The notes: a model not told the origin generated them from the letters alone. 64,000 nucleotides of DNA from Balanoglossus misakiensis (GCA_040954595.2 CM082592.2:1240001-1304000); one strand, 5' to 3'; numbered from the stretch's first letter, positions 13,367-31,824 are shown. Numbers and translations: made by a program.

Positions 13367-14324
13367 TTTAAACCTTTTCTAGCAATGGTTTTCAAATCAG
13401 TATAATCAATTTCCAATTCTATTTGAGTATTTCACTTATCTTTGAGAGACATTACCATCATAAATAAAATTTCCAAACTATGACTTAGATTATCACCTTT
13501 CGATATTGGTAAACAGCATATATAAAGAACAGAGATTGCCGTTGTACATGTAACCATAGACTCTAGGGTCTATGATGTAACTATCAAGCTTACCTTCAGT
13601 AGCAGCAAGGCGTCTGCTACTTTCTGACAACACTGGTATACGGTCAACTTTGAAACACCAAACATTTGTGATATTTCTCGCATACTCGATTTGTTGCTTA
13701 GTAACCACATAAAAATAAACAACTGCTTTGACACCTCGACTGGTTCTTGGCCGCCACTGCGATCTGTGCTTAGGTTTTCGCCTATCTGCTGTAAAATGAT
13801 GTCAAATGTCGTGCGTGAAATTCAGAAATGTTGTCAGAAATCATCTACCATAAACTAAGGAATGACTTCTTCGTCATAATTCTTGATTTTGGGTACAGTT
13901 GCACGTTGATTGAAATATAAAGCAAGCACGATTGGTATGATATCGTCCTCATTATTGATATCTTCGTCATTGTCCGAAAACTCTTCAAGAAGTTGGACGA
14001 TGATCGCAGCCATTTTGTGGTTGGTGTTATGTCAAAACGAGGTTTGGTCGTTTGCGTGTACAAGTGCGAGAACAAACTCCATCAGAAATAGGACGACTGC
14101 CCTCGTCGGCCATTCTCGGGTCAAGAACAGTGCACCCAAACGCACCCATGGTGACATGTACTCCGAGGTCATACTGGACTGAAAACGAAAACGAGGCTGA
14201 GGATAGGCTACCCCAAAAACACAAAGGTTTTACGGTTCAGTTTTTTCGAACGGGACCCGTAAACTTGGAAGACTCGCCTCCCTCAGATATCGAACTGCTA
14301 AGGAAATTCTTGTAGGTTGCAGTA

Positions 14325-14462
14325 ACATATTGATTTTCTATTGAAAATCCACTGAAGCCATCTATAGAATTCTATAGAAAATAAAATTCAATTGATTTTC
14401 TATTGAATTCTACACAGTTCTATAGAAGTCAATAGAATTCAATAGAACGTTTTTCGTAAGGG
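14325..14462. mobile_element. Probable terminus of an EnSpm/CACTA-type non-autonomous element
   Basis: Cluster of short subterminal repeats (TCTATAGAA / TTCTATTGAA) ending in TTTTTCGTAAGGG; the partner end was not found. Confidence 0.4.
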
Positions 14463-14475
14463 AAGGGCCTAGCCT

Positions 14476-14887
14476 TTTTAGGTCCCATTGGTATTACCAT
14501 GGGACCTTATGGGATCGGTTGCGTCTGTATGTATGTATGGATGGATGTATGTATGGATGGATGGATGTATGGATGGATGGATGTATGTCCGTCCATACAA
14601 AAACTTGAAAACCGCTGCGTGTATCACCTTGATATTTGGTGTGCAGATGCAGGCTGGGCTGTAGATGGGAGTTTGTTCAAATGAAGTTGTCATTGCAAAA
14701 AATATGCAAATTAGCTGGAAAATGTGAATTTGGTCAAAACTCAGTAACTCAGTCAGTGCTTGCCCATTGATCTCTCGCAAGGTGTGTGTGTGTGTCTGTC
14801 TGTATGTATATGGCCAAGTACTCCGGTGTACACTTTTTCTTGTGTAATCCCTCCATGGGACCACTGTGTCCTTGACGCGATTTTTTT
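14476..14887 (+). mobile_element. HINE/DINE-1-like (Helentron-associated) non-autonomous element, family A
   Basis: 5' T-run and hairpin GGTCCCA-TTGGTATTACCA-TGGGACC, a (TATG/GATG)n tract, then 3' subTIR ATGGGACC, GTCCTTGAC and a T-run. Related copies lie at ~28970, ~31368 and ~47193. Confidence 0.65.
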
Positions 14888-15388
14888 AGTAATGTGAACG
14901 CCCTATTAGAATGCTGTTTGGAGTAAAACAAGAAATCGCATTTGATATGCAGAACAGAAAGACTGAAAATAAATCCAAAAGCTATGAATAATTTTTTCCT
15001 TTAACATGCATTTCATTTGTTATATCATGGTTACTGGAAAAGATTTCATACAGTTGTGTGATGCTGGTATTAAGCTGTGTTTGCTCTTTTTCTAATCCAT
15101 CAACAGCTTACTGCAATGTTGGTTGGTACTTGAATCAGGAGTCCTATAGTTGTGGGAAATGCCCCAATGGAACATATAACTTTGAATTCAACCATGATGC
15201 TTGTCACCCAGGCCCAATTGGCTACACTACAGGCAGAGAGGGCGCCCTATATGAAACAGAATGTGTTGGTAGGAATATTCTTCATAATATAATAGAAACT
15301 GATCATCTCTCTTTTATGAATGATAACTTTCATAACCTGACAAGTCAAGTGACATTGTCACAAGATGGTAAGTGATACACTAGCCAAC

Positions 15389-16219
15389 TGTGACGTGAAT
15401 TTAGTATCGCCAAAATGAGTGTTTGGGAGCCAGAGTGTTGTGCAGAAAAGAGCTCACACGTACACATTTAAATATGGTGTAACTAGATTGTAATTCACCA
15501 GAAACAACGAAATACAAAAATTATGCACATAAAATGCCTCTGTAGGAACTACCTATAATAATGCGGGTGACAAAAAGTTATGCACTCAAAAACTCACGAC
15601 AAGAACAATGTCCAGAGTTCCCGAGCGAAGGACGACGAAGCAAGGTCCGGCAACCGACGAAACGGCGATTTCCTGGGCCTGGAACGGAGCCGCTGGCTTC
15701 ACGACTGTTCGGAGACGGTTGACGGTGAGTGGACAATGCAGACGTAAACGCAGGTAGGTGACCGAAGTCCCGCAACCGATGGCTGGTAGGCTGGAAGGCA
15801 CAACAGACGAACGCACGCACGCCCAACCAACACGGAGGGTGACTCTGTACCCCGAAGCAACACACGGTGACCAGAGGAACGCTGGAAGTAGAGTGGTGCC
15901 CCCTAAGACCCGAAGCATCGACCTTTTATATGACCAGTTTTGCATCACGTCCATTTCAAACGCGGCCTCAGAAGCTGATTGGCGTACTCGATGTCACCCA
16001 ACAGATGTAACAATTACAACATGTTAATATCCCGCTCAGTTACCTACTCTAACTTGTAAACACCATGTGCTTGTGTCTACTACATGTAAATTCACAGAAC
16101 TGTCGTTCACAAAACAAAATTCAAAAACAAAAGTCGTCACTGTACAGACCGGTGACCATGTAAATCATATCTTGACAGACATGTACATTTGTAAATTGTA
16201 AAATTTTTGTATAGAGCAC
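15389..16219 (-). repeat. LTR copy (3' LTR)
   Basis: Begins TGTGACG on the plus strand; minus-strand TATA-like CATATAAAAGG at ~15922-15932; about 15 substitutions against the other copy over ~815 bp by eye. Confidence 0.8.
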
Positions 16220-17602
16220 CTGGGATTTGGCCAATTCATCTCGCGCCAATTTGCATGTTTGTTCAAGCCGCTCGCGCAAGTCTAACACATACTGTTACGT
16301 ACTCTTGACTTCGGGACCCTCAATTTCTTTAGTCCATAATTCGGATAAAATTGTCATGGGCCCCCTAACTGTTCGCCCAAACAACAACTCAAAGGGAGAA
16401 AACCCAGTACTTTCTTGAGGGGCTTCCCTATACGCAAACAACAATGCATTTACATATCTATCCCAATCCTTGGGTCGTTCAGCAGACAGTTTGCGCAACA
16501 TATTCTTCAAAACAGAGTTGAATTTTTCACAAAGGCCATTACAAGCCGGATGATAGGGAGTCGTTGTCAACTGTTTAATAGACAATAACCTATTTACCTC
16601 CTTCATGACATCCGAAATAAATTGTGTTCCCAAATCCGACAAAATTTCACGTGGTATGCCCACTCGACTGTAAATATCCACTAAAGCTTCCGCCACAGTT
16701 TCAGTCGTAATACGCTTCAAAACAACAGCTTCTGGATATCGAGTTGCATAGTCCACTAAAGTCAAAATATACCGATTACCACGGTCAGTTACCGGATCGA
16801 TCGGGCCGATCAAATCCACCGCAACCCTCTGAAACGGAACATCAATTAATGTCATACTGCCCAACGGCACTTTAGTTACTCTACCTTTGGGTGACACACA
16901 CTGACACACATCGCAAGAGCGACAAAACCGAACAACATCGCCATATATTCCTGGCCAATAAAATTGAGTCGCAATTTTATCATAAGTTTTCTTCGTGCCT
17001 AGGTGACCACCTAGAATAGAATCATGAGCCAATACCATAACATTATTACGAAATTTGTGAGGCACCACCAACTGTGTAAATGTCTGGCCATGGTCAATTT
17101 TCGGCGACATGTATTCCCGATATAACATACCTTTCTTAAAGAAGAACCGAGCGGAGTTTGTTCTGCCAGTATTTACCTGTTGACCAGACATCGCCAATTC
17201 CCTGGCACGCTTTAATGACGGGTCCAAATTTTGTGCTTTCTTCAGCACGTCCGCAGTGACCGGCTCGGAAATATTCCCATCAACAATTTCTGGGACAATT
17301 AACTTTGTCATTGAGCGTTTTTCGGCCTTCTTTTGAGCCCTTGTCTGCACCGCTTGCACAATTACAGGAGAACACCCATCATTATTTGGTCCTACACTAT
17401 CCTCAGTTTCACACTCCTGACTAGCAATTACGGGGCCATTCCCAGACTTAAAGTCATCATTAACTGGGGGTTCCATCCAGTTTAAGTCAGGATCATTTGG
17501 CGCTCGAACCCTATCTACATTACCTAACACTATGTCGTATACAGGATTAGTGACACACATGGCTTCCAAACTTCCTACGTAAATAGGAGTGTTCACAGAC
17601 AC
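16220..17602 (-). CDS. Gypsy integrase region (HHCC + DDE core), truncated at the LTR junction
   Basis: ORF 16295-17602 plus a frameshifted continuation YVLDLRERLEQTCKLARDEL. Confidence 0.85.
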
Positions 17603-18361
17603 TTTAGCAATTGGAGCCTGTCTTCATGTCCTATCTATCATAACAAAATTGCGGACTTCACCTGTCATTTGGGAAGGATCAACAAGGTCTTTCCTGACAA
17701 TAACACTATTACATCCACTGTCTCTCAGAAATTTCACTTTCTGACCATTAATAATTCCATCCACAACTGACATATTTCCCATTATTGGTTTATTAGCTAA
17801 GCTGGTCATAGACACCACAGGTAACATGTGTCCACATCTTAATTTGACACCACTGCTATCGTGTAAATGAAGTCATCCATTTGGTTCGGTACAACGTTTA
17901 TCAACTTGAGCGCAAGTTGCTACTTTAACTTCATTAACAGGACTACTGTTATCTGGTTTATCCTGTACTACACTAGCCACTACACTTGAACGTTTAGTTC
18001 TATCTGTCCCTACTTTACTCCAGCATTTAGAGCTAACATGACCTGGTTTATTACATTTGTAACAAATGACAGGACCACTAGCACCATTTTTACTAGTATT
18101 AGTATTCTGGCTGTCACTTTGTTTTCCAGTCTGGCTCTGAAACAACTGACTTTTGTTCTTATTTTTATGGCGGAACTGGTCTTTAAAAACCGCCTGTTCT
18201 CTTGCTTCAGTGAAACGATCAGCATATTCAGCCATCTCTTCAACATTTACAATAACCCTTTCACGCAGAAACAACGACAAATCTCGCTCACAACCACCCA
18301 CAAATTGTTCCCGCAACAAAAGGTCTTTTAACCTGAAGTAATTGCCGTCAACTTTGGCCAT

Positions 18362-19185
18362 TATCGCCAAAATGAGTGTTTGGGAGCCAGAGTGTTGTGC
18401 AGAAAAGAGCTCACACGTACACATTTAAATATGGCGTAACTAGATTGTAATTCACCAGAAACAACGAAATACAAAAATTATGCACATAAAATGCCTCTGT
18501 AGGAACTACCTATAATAATGCGGGTGACAAAAAGTTATGCACTCAAAAACTCACGACAAGAACAATGTCCAGAGTTCCCGAGCGAAGGACGACGAAGCAA
18601 GGTCCGGCAACCGACGAAACGGCGATTTCCTGGGCCTGGAACGGAGCCGCTGGCTTCACGACTGTTCGGAGACGGTCGACGGTGAGTGGACAATGCAGAC
18701 GTAAACGCAGGTAGGTGACCGAAGTCCCGCAACCGATTACTGGTAGGCTGGAAGGCACAACAGACGAACGCACGCACGCCCAACCAACACGGACGGTGAC
18801 TCTGTACCCCGAAGCAACACACGGTGACCAGAGGAACGCTGGAAGTAGAGTGGAGCCCCCTAAGACCCGAAGCATCGACCTTTTATATGACCATTTCTGC
18901 ATCACGTACGTTTCAAACGCGGTCTCAGAAGCTGATTGGCGTACTCGATGTCACCCAACAGATGTAACAATTACAACATGTTAATAACCCGCTCAGTTAC
19001 CTACTCTAACTTGTAAACACCATGTGCTTGTGTCTACTACATGTAAATTCACAGAACTGTCATTCACAAAACAAAATTCAAAAACAAAAGTCGTCACTGT
19101 ACAGACCGGTGACCATGTAAATCATATCGTGACAGACATGTACATTTGTAAATTGTAAAATTTTTGTATGGAGCACTTGTGGACA
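18362..19185 (-). repeat. LTR copy (5' LTR), missing its last ~16 nt and the PBS
   Basis: Matches the left copy from TATCGCCAAAATG onward and is fused directly to mid-gag. Confidence 0.78.
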
Positions 19186-20260
19186 ACCTTAAGTGTAACA
19201 CACATCATCCACAGACTGTGTTCTCATTCGTCAATTGCTAGTCATGTGGTGTGCGTTCTTTTTGTGCTGTTGCCCGCCGGGCATCAGTTCCGATAAAATG
19301 ATGCCCACTCACTTTGTATATGGTGAGTTCTTATGCATATATGCAGATGATCGTTGTGTTACAAAACACACATTGATTGGCTTTTCGGGTAACAGCATAC
19401 GTCTTCCACCCTCAGGACTGTGAGTCTCCCCCCAAAACAGTCTGGATTTGTTTTTTGTTGTTGTTGTTGTTGTTTTTTTTTGGGGGGGGGGGGGGTGGGG
19501 GTGACTTACAATCCATCGGGTTATAGACATGTTCTGTTGCCCCAGTCAATATGTGTATTATGACTGTTCAGTATGACACAAACGCTTCATTATGAGAAAT
19601 TTTCTTCTGCGTTTAATTTGTCATTTAGTATGCCGTTTCATCCAATACGTTTTGTTTCTCTGTTTATTTTTAATTGTTTCTGTGACATTAGTTAACTTAA
19701 GGTAGATGACTACTCAACAGTTAGAATATTGTCATTTCCTGATTTTTATCTTTAATAATGCTTTAGTTTTCTTTATATCATTTAATAATACTCCTCTTTA
19801 AGAACCTTTTGTGAAAATTTCAAGAAAATGTCAATATTGTAAAACCATTTTCTCAAAACTTCTACATGGAATGTACATGTAATAACCATGAACTGCATCT
19901 GGTTAGTCATCTACCTTAAAAGTAAACAGTCACCTCCAATTTACAAACGCCCACATATGGTAGAAATGGAGTATTTGAGAGTTCTAAAGAACATATGGTG
20001 GCGCTCGTTTTTTCGTGTGTGCCACCTACTCAAAATCTGTGATTGGCTAGATCTCCTTTTGCCATGGTAACTATAGCTAATTTTCCATACGTGACCGTAT
20101 ACCTTTAACTGGTGATATGTATGACGTTTTATTTGGTGGTCAGTTAATGACACAACAAGAATTTTTTTCTTCTAGATGCACATGAATGTCGTCTTGGTCT
20201 GGATGACTGTCATCCAAATGCCACTTGGAGGAATCTTACCGTGGCCGAAATCGACACACT

Positions 20261-20483
20261 GTGTAGGTTTCAAACCTACACTGTCCCTTTGCTACAAAAT
20301 GCGCGCGTACGGTGTAGGTTTCAAACCTACACTGCCCTTTGCTACAAAATGCGCGCGTACGGTGTAGGTTTCAAACCTACACTGTCTCTTTGCTACAAAA
20401 TGCGCGCGTACGGTGTAGGTTTCAAACCTACACTGCCCTTTGCTAGAAAATGCGCGCGTACGGTGTAGGTTTCAAACCTACAC
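20261..20483. repeat. 50/51-bp tandem array inside the left TIR (5 palindromes)
   Basis: GTGTAGGTTT-C-AAACCTACAC at 20261, 20312, 20362, 20413 and 20463, separated by near-identical linkers containing GCGCGCGTAC. Confidence 0.95.
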
Positions 20484-22199
20484 TGTCCCTTTGGTGAAAC
20501 GAAAAAAGCAAGTGTAGGTTTCAAGTAGTGTCCACCGGAAGTACAGTACTGGAGTATGAGTTTTTGCGAACAAACGAACAGCCGCAGGTATAGGACATTA
20601 TTGGATATTCTGTTGAACTAAGTGCAACTTTTGACAATGTACAGTACTGCTGAACATGTATTATGTTTGACTGGCTTACTAATTGAGCATCTTTGAAAGG
20701 CATCATTTTTCTGACCATTCATTTCAAAATTCGACCTACATTTTTTGCGACTGATAGATTGTAATTTTGGGCAAGAACCTGACTAAAATGGCCGCCTGAA
20801 CATGAACTTCGCAGGCGAGTGTATTTAAAGATATTTTGCCAGCTTTCCATACATAATTTCAGGCATGGAAATTCCTGGCGACTGTGACACAACAGATCTT
20901 TGTAAATCTGTACACAGACAGAATGCAGAGGGTGTTCTTGTATCTGAACTTTATGGAAAATATAATGTAAATATCTGTTGTATTATATAGTTATAGTCAT
21001 GATGAGTTTATTCATTTGCATTTTGAGTAATAAGTGTAAAAATACAGACACATGAAATTTACTGGTACAATGTTCAGAAACACAATTTAGTAATGCACTT
21101 AGAACCATTAACTTTGACTACTATAATTTATTGAATACACTTCATCTTTTGCTAATTAAATTCTACAACACAACTACAGTGTATGTGACTGTTTATTTCT
21201 ATTTCTATTTATGCGAGGGACAAAAAATAAGTTTACTCAAGAAAGAAGTTCAGCTTAACAAACTTTTATGTCATGTTTGGTTTTACATTCAAACAAGCCT
21301 TGAGGAAGGCATATAGTTTCTAGATATAGAATAAATTGTCAATAGTAGCAATGTTGGAATGTATCACAATGAAAATTGACATGCAAACATAAATGTCATA
21401 GGCACTGAACTAAGTAATATCAACTTTAATGACTGAGTGATGGATTTGGCCATGGAGAATTTATCAATATACGCCTTGCATAAGGTATAGTCCCTGTAGT
21501 TACTAGTACCGGTAGTTACTCGAGGCTCAACCTGTTTTTTTTTGTGTTTTTTTCTCTTCATTTCATAGCTTAAGTGGGATATCATTATCAAACTAGTCTT
21601 GGTAGCTGCAGTTCAATGAATGTAAACAGCTGGACTACCACTTGAATTATTTCGTAGGCCAAATAGACTTTTGAGTAAGTAGTCTGTTGATACGCGACTA
21701 CTTGCAATTTTGAGCCCTACGTGTACATGAACACAAGTCGTTGAAGATGTAATGTGATATAATGTTAGCGAATAAGTCCTGTAGCATAGAGTGTGGAAAA
21801 TGGATTAACCTGTTTACTTTGCCATGGACATTAGTCAAATTTATAACATGTAAACAGTTGTCAAATCACAGCCAATCATAATGCATCTTTTCCAGTCTTG
21901 TTCATCGAAAAAGTACAGTCCATCTTGGAAACTTGTCATCATCACAGTCAATTAACCAATCAAATACCTTCGAATATGTACATGTACCCAGTCCATAAGA
22001 AGCAACATGCACTTTGAATGGTTTGTTTCCTAGGATGTACATTGTTAATACTTTAACAAAGGTGGTTATAGAAGTTACAAGACAGTAGAAAAGTTGAAAT
22101 TACAATCATCATCTAAAAGTCTTTTTTCTTTACAAATGTTAACAAGTTCACTGACATACATGTAGTTCAAGTAACAGTTATGATCAAGTCTGAGCCATC

Positions 22200-26459
<4,260 letters not shown>

Positions 26460-26821
26460 CTAAGAGTTACATAAATTATAAAAATCTCATTAGATTAAAG
26501 CAACAAGTCATCGAAGACATAGTTCCCCCCCTAAAATAAGATGTATATGAACAGTGAAGAACACTATGTTTTTGTGGACCTCGACACAAAACAAAAACAA
26601 AAACAAAAACAAACCAACAAACAAACAAATAACAAGACAATGTCTACATATAACACGCGAAAACATCAAATATCTTTATAATCACTCACCTCCTTACCCA
26701 GGCGAGACTCCGTTTACCTGAGGCTGTTCGTTTGTTCGCAAAAACTCATACTCCAGTACTGTACTTCCGGTGGACACTACTTGAAACCTACACTTGCTTT
26801 TTTCGTGTCACCAAAGGGACA

Positions 26822-27094
26822 GTGTAGGTTTGAAACCTACACCGTACGCGCGCATTTTCTAGCAAAGGGCAGTGTAGGTTTGAAACCTACACCGTACGCG
26901 CGCATTTTCTAGCAAAGGGCAGTGTAGGTTTGAAACCTACACCGTACGCGCGCATTTTGTAGCAAAGAGACAGTGTAGGTTTGAAACCTACACCGTACGC
27001 GCGCATTTTGTAGCAAAGGGCAGTGTAGGTTTGAAACCTACACCGTACGCGCGCATTTTGTAGCAAAGGGACAGTGTAGGTTTGAAACCTACAC
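26822..27094. repeat. 50/51-bp tandem array inside the right TIR (6 palindromes)
   Basis: Reverse complement of the left array with one extra unit. Confidence 0.95.
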
Positions 27095-28969
27095 AGTGTG
27101 TCGATTTCGGCCACGGTAGAATCTTGTGCCAGGATATGAATGCACTTGCAAAACTGGTTTCACTGTCGATGGAATAACTTGTACAGGTATGTAAATATCT
27201 ACAACTGAAATGTCAACAGAAATATGTACACCTAAAAAGTAGACACTACTGTTAATGTGCATGAGCGTTTTAAGGTGAATACTTTATCCTTATTTATATG
27301 GAAATTGACTAGATTCTGCATGAATGGTTGCAGACTGACTGACTTCTGAGAATGTCATTCATTGGCAACCATGTTCAGTTTAGGAAAATCACACAATCAT
27401 ACAATCAAACTACTTTCCTTCAGTAAAAAAAACATTAATTCTCAAGAAAGTTTGACTTGTTACTGCAATATACACTATAAGTACCACACATATTCCAATA
27501 GGGTAGTTGTTAGGTAAAACTTTCATAAATTTGACACGTTTTGCTGGAAAGAGTATCTTGTCCACTTTACTCGAAAAATGTTCCCGCTGAAAATGCCTTC
27601 CCCTTTATTTGTTTCCACATTAGCCCTGATTAATACTTGAAGGCCCATTTTAGTAGTGATGCGTCAAGTATTTTACATTACTGGCTTTAGTTCTTGTCTA
27701 ATCTAAATGGTGCGTCAGGTAGAATAATGTGATGTCATTTTATTGCTGTGTCCTGACAAGTGTGAAGGGTTCTGCGCAAACAATGCTGTTTGCATGAAGG
27801 ACAGTGATGGCAATCCTGTTTGTGAATGTACTGATAAATGTGAAGGTGAAATTTGCCGCCAGAAAATACCGATGCAAGTTAAAGGTGTGTATACGTTTCT
27901 TTGTCTTTTAATAACAATAGATTTACAATTTATGTTCACAAAAGCTTACACATGCGTCTTTATCTACATCATCTTGAAAATGTTTGTAAAAATGGTGAAA
28001 CCGCAACATCTGCGATATCACTAGTTGTACGGTCAACTAACCATTTTATAATTGCTGAGCATCAGAATGAATGTTTTTTTCCTGCTTTTAACACAGCATA
28101 TCGCCTCCTTGACAAATAGAAAGATTTAAACTCTTACAGATTCATCCGTTGACACAGCTGTCATCATTGGTGGTGTTGCATGAAGTTTAGCGGCCGTGTT
28201 AGTGTTTGGTGTGATAATGTTACTCATGTACCAACAAAAAGTTATTATTTCTTTAGTTTAGAACTATCAAAGCAGAATCACAGCTGTAGAAATGTTGCCC
28301 ATCAGAAAATTGGGAATTTACCTGTATCTTTCCATACATGCATGAGGCAATGTTAAAAATAAATCTCATCTGTATCGTGGAATCAAATTCATTCAAAGAG
28401 TTCATGCATAGACCTATTCGCGAACAGGGTAACTACAGTGCATGGTGGTATTTTTTGCGTTCAACATGCATGGCGCCTAGTACAAGGCTTAGTCACGTGA
28501 CCAGACCGCAAACTGTCCCACAACCACCTGCGTTATTCTATCTGTGAAGTGGTCTATGTAAATAATATGCCCGACATGATCAAATTTTCCAAAAAATGTG
28601 CCTTAAAGTTTAGGAATTCAAAATGATTGTTTGTAAATATATAACCTTTCTACTATTGTCAATTTCACCAATATTTGATATATGTTAGCCCATGCCTTCT
28701 TTTTTCTAAAAATGTACTTTTTTAATATGTCACCGTGCTCGATTTTCCACAAATTTGGAAAATACGACCTTTCTGGGGCCTCTGGCACCATTTTTGTATT
28801 CTCTATAGGTTGACGTTAGAGGCGCTCTCTGTGGCGTTTCAGCCGGGCTTATCCCCCATACTGCAACCTGCAACATTGGCATGGGTTGTCTTTAATGGGG
28901 CATAAGAGGAAACATTGATTTCTTACATATATTCTGACTTAGTTGTTGAATTTGTAAGTTTTGGTAAAT

Positions 28970-29173
28970 TTCACATTTTCCAGCTAATTTGCATAGTTTT
29001 GCAATGACTATTTCATTTGAACAAAACCCCATCTACAGCCTTACCTGCATCTACACACCAAATATTAAGGTGGTATGCGCAGCGGTTTTCAAGTTTTTGA
29101 TGTGGACGGAAATACATACAGACATCCAATCCAGTAAGGTCCCATGGTATATATATATACCAAACGGGACCTA
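28970..29173 (-). mobile_element. HINE-like family A, partial copy
   Basis: GGTCCCATGGTA...TACCA..GGGACCTAA hairpin and a body homologous to 14590-14730. Confidence 0.6.
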
Positions 29174-29685
29174 ACAATACCAAACTGGCTGCATGCAAGT
29201 AAGACAAGAATAGAGGTGTTTAGTGCAGTACAACAATACAAACAAAATGTTTTTATTTCAATAGGCCAGTGACCTATAAATTAATCTTTATTTGGGATGT
29301 ACAACATAATGTAAACATGTAAACTGTGCACCTTTCTATGCATGTGTCTCTTCCATAGAATTACATATTGAGAATTGCTAGAAAACTCGCTTCTACTATT
29401 GTCATTTTTCTGAAATTATACACATGACATTCAACTGTGGATGTATTTGGAGCTTGACTCACAGCTGCCACATCTACACAAGTCAGAAAGGGAATGCTAA
29501 AGGAGAGAACAAAATGTATCATAGGCCAGAGAAGTTACAAACAGCAGACATGTGATAAGATTCAGCCAATCAAAGCTCCTGCCTACTTTTACATAGACTA
29601 ACACAATGGTAATTTTGCAATATGTTTTCCATGATGATATTTCACATAAGTTAAAACAACGACAAAAATAAAGCCCATTTCCCAC

Positions 29686-30440
29686 CTATCGACAACTTTC
29701 TAAAAAGTCATTTACATTCTTGATTATTGAACTGCTCTTTGTAACACATGCTTTCCCATATACTTGTTTTTCTGAAAATAAATAAAATATACCAAAATTT
29801 TTGTCACGCTTGTGCACAAGTTTTAAATGATTAAATTGCAGGCCAGAGCCGGCAATCTTTTTAGGCATACCGTCACTGACAATGTCTTTCAAAATATGTA
29901 GACAGGTTTTTTTTTTTTTCATTTGTAAATAATTTAACGATTCAATAACAAATGCTACAGTGAATGTATGTTTACATAGTTCGGTTTCTGATGGCCCAAC
30001 TCTACTCAGAAGACACTGTAGAGCCTTTACATCTGCCAAGTCATCCCCCCCCCCGCCCCCCACAATACCCTCATACAGTGTCTGCTGTTTGTAACCTTTC
30101 TGGCCAGGAAGTACCGTTTTGAGAAGAGGAAGAGTGTCAAGAAAACCAAAAATAGATTGATCTATTTCAGTTTTCATACCACAAGAACTGGCAGCTGTGA
30201 GTAAAACTCAATAAGAACTACATTATATATGCTTTGAAGATATTCCACAAACATCAGCAGAGCTTCTCTAATAGGAAATGAGCTAACTTCCATGCCATTG
30301 TGACTCATTTTATTCCCATTCATGAAGATACCAGTTACAGCCGAAGCATCTTTAGTAATATGTCTTTTAGGTATCACGTACACATTGAACGCCCTCTCTC
30401 GGCAAAGTGCAGCTATCTGCGTTATGTGTGCTGATGTTCC
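29686..30440 (-). pseudogene. DEDDh (PML-C/DnaQ-like) exonuclease exon, frameshifted; probably a DNA-transposon accessory gene
   Basis: Acceptor at 30440, then ITQIAAL...FNVYVIP...ASAVTG...EALLMFVEYL, GFLDTLPL.K..LPG..YKQ..L, DLADVKALQ and KKIAGSGL...HL. Confidence 0.65.
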
Positions 30441-31367
30441 TGTAATAATAACATACAGTATATCTATGGTCAGATAAACAAAAACGCTTAGAAATATTAG
30501 TGGTTATTTTGACAAGTTGTAAAGAATGCATCGCGTTATCGACCAAACTTCAAGTAATAATAATTCATCCCTAAAAAGCAGTATGATTTGCGAAAATGCG
30601 CCGGGATAAACGATTTCACGGCCCGAAATTTAAACCTTGCACCTTGGAATTGTGGTGGTAGTATCACGGTAGAATCACACATACTGACAATGGTGTTTAG
30701 TACAGATATTAAAGTAAATTGCCATATTACCAAAACCAGTGGTTTCAAGGTCAAAGTAGACAAACTGCTTCGTCTCTAAAGTAAACCTCTATAAGTCAAA
30801 CCTTACTATCTATTGTCAAACATTAGGCTCATTGCGATATTTAACCTGCAGTACGTAAATTACACATATGAATCACAACAGTTTACCATCTTAGCTAATG
30901 ATAATCATATAAACAGATCACCGATATATTCGAATTGCACGCGGATGTTGGCTTGGCTTACTTGTGACTGGTAAAATTTCCTTATCAACTGTATAGGAGA
31001 GTCCACTGCCCGAAATAAACGTTGATCCAAACTGAGTCCGCGGTCGTCGCGTTTAATGGTCGACAGACATACACATAGGGCCTCAAACGTAATGCAATCT
31101 AAATGGACCCCGGGTAACGAACCATGCGAAAATGTCGGCTTTGTTTAGACGACAATCGCGACCGCAGCATTGACAGCGTTTTTCGGGGTGTTGATGTTTG
31201 TCGAAAATGCCATAGCAAATTAAAGAAACTTAAGTCGAATTGCTGAAACGTTAATAATCGACCATATGTCTTGATACTTTAGATCATGTTCTAGTTCGAC
31301 TCCAGCAATTTTGGCGACTGTATCAGAGTTGACCAAAAGATAAATGCTGTCTATGATTCCAAACTCA

Positions 31368-31790
31368 TAAAAATAGCGTCAAGGACACGGTGGTCCCATT
31401 GAGTGATTACACAAAAAAAGTCTACACTGGAGTACATGACCATATACAGACAGACAGGCAGGCAGGCACACACATAGCGAGAGATCAATGGGCAAACACT
31501 GACTGACCCATAAGCTGCCAATGGCATATGTACTGTACATACACTAAATAGAACAGCTGGTCTCTTTAAAAGTTATGAAATCATGCAGTAATTTGCTGTG
31601 TATATGCATCACAGGAGGGGGTTCCTGGACCTAATTACAAAGAACTCAATCAAGTAAATACACACCACTTTGCAAAGCAATCTGACCAGTAGTTCTTGGG
31701 TTACCGATTTTTGACCAAATTCACATTTTGCAGCTAATTTGGATATTTTTGGCAGTGACAACTTCATTTGAACAAACTCACATACATACA

Positions 31791-31824
<34 letters not shown>

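Larger units (their letters stand above)
15389..19185 (-). mobile_element. Gmr1-like Ty3/Gypsy LTR retrotransposon, internally deleted (partial gag-PR-IN; no RT/RH)
   Basis: Direct repeats at ~15389-16219 and ~18362-19177 enclose a SCAN-like gag segment (LLLREQF), a CCHC knuckle (CYKCNKPGHVSSKC), a protease (LRDSG) and an integrase (H..GGHLG..C..C, VDLIGP, SDLG, NGLCE, GFSPFELLFGR). Confidence 0.88.

Noticed and set aside
15578-18984. Duplicated 89-122 aa ORFs
   Set aside because: They lie within the two LTR copies, are GC-rich chance frames and show no known motifs.
20261-20483. CRISPR-like array (palindromic repeat with regular spacing; also 26822-27094)
   Set aside because: The spacers are near-identical rather than unique, there are no cas genes, the context is eukaryotic, and the arrays are mirror parts of transposon TIRs.
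28408-28557. Small TAGACC...GGTCTA inverted-end element
   Set aside because: The inverted match is short and imperfect with no clear TSD, too weak to call.
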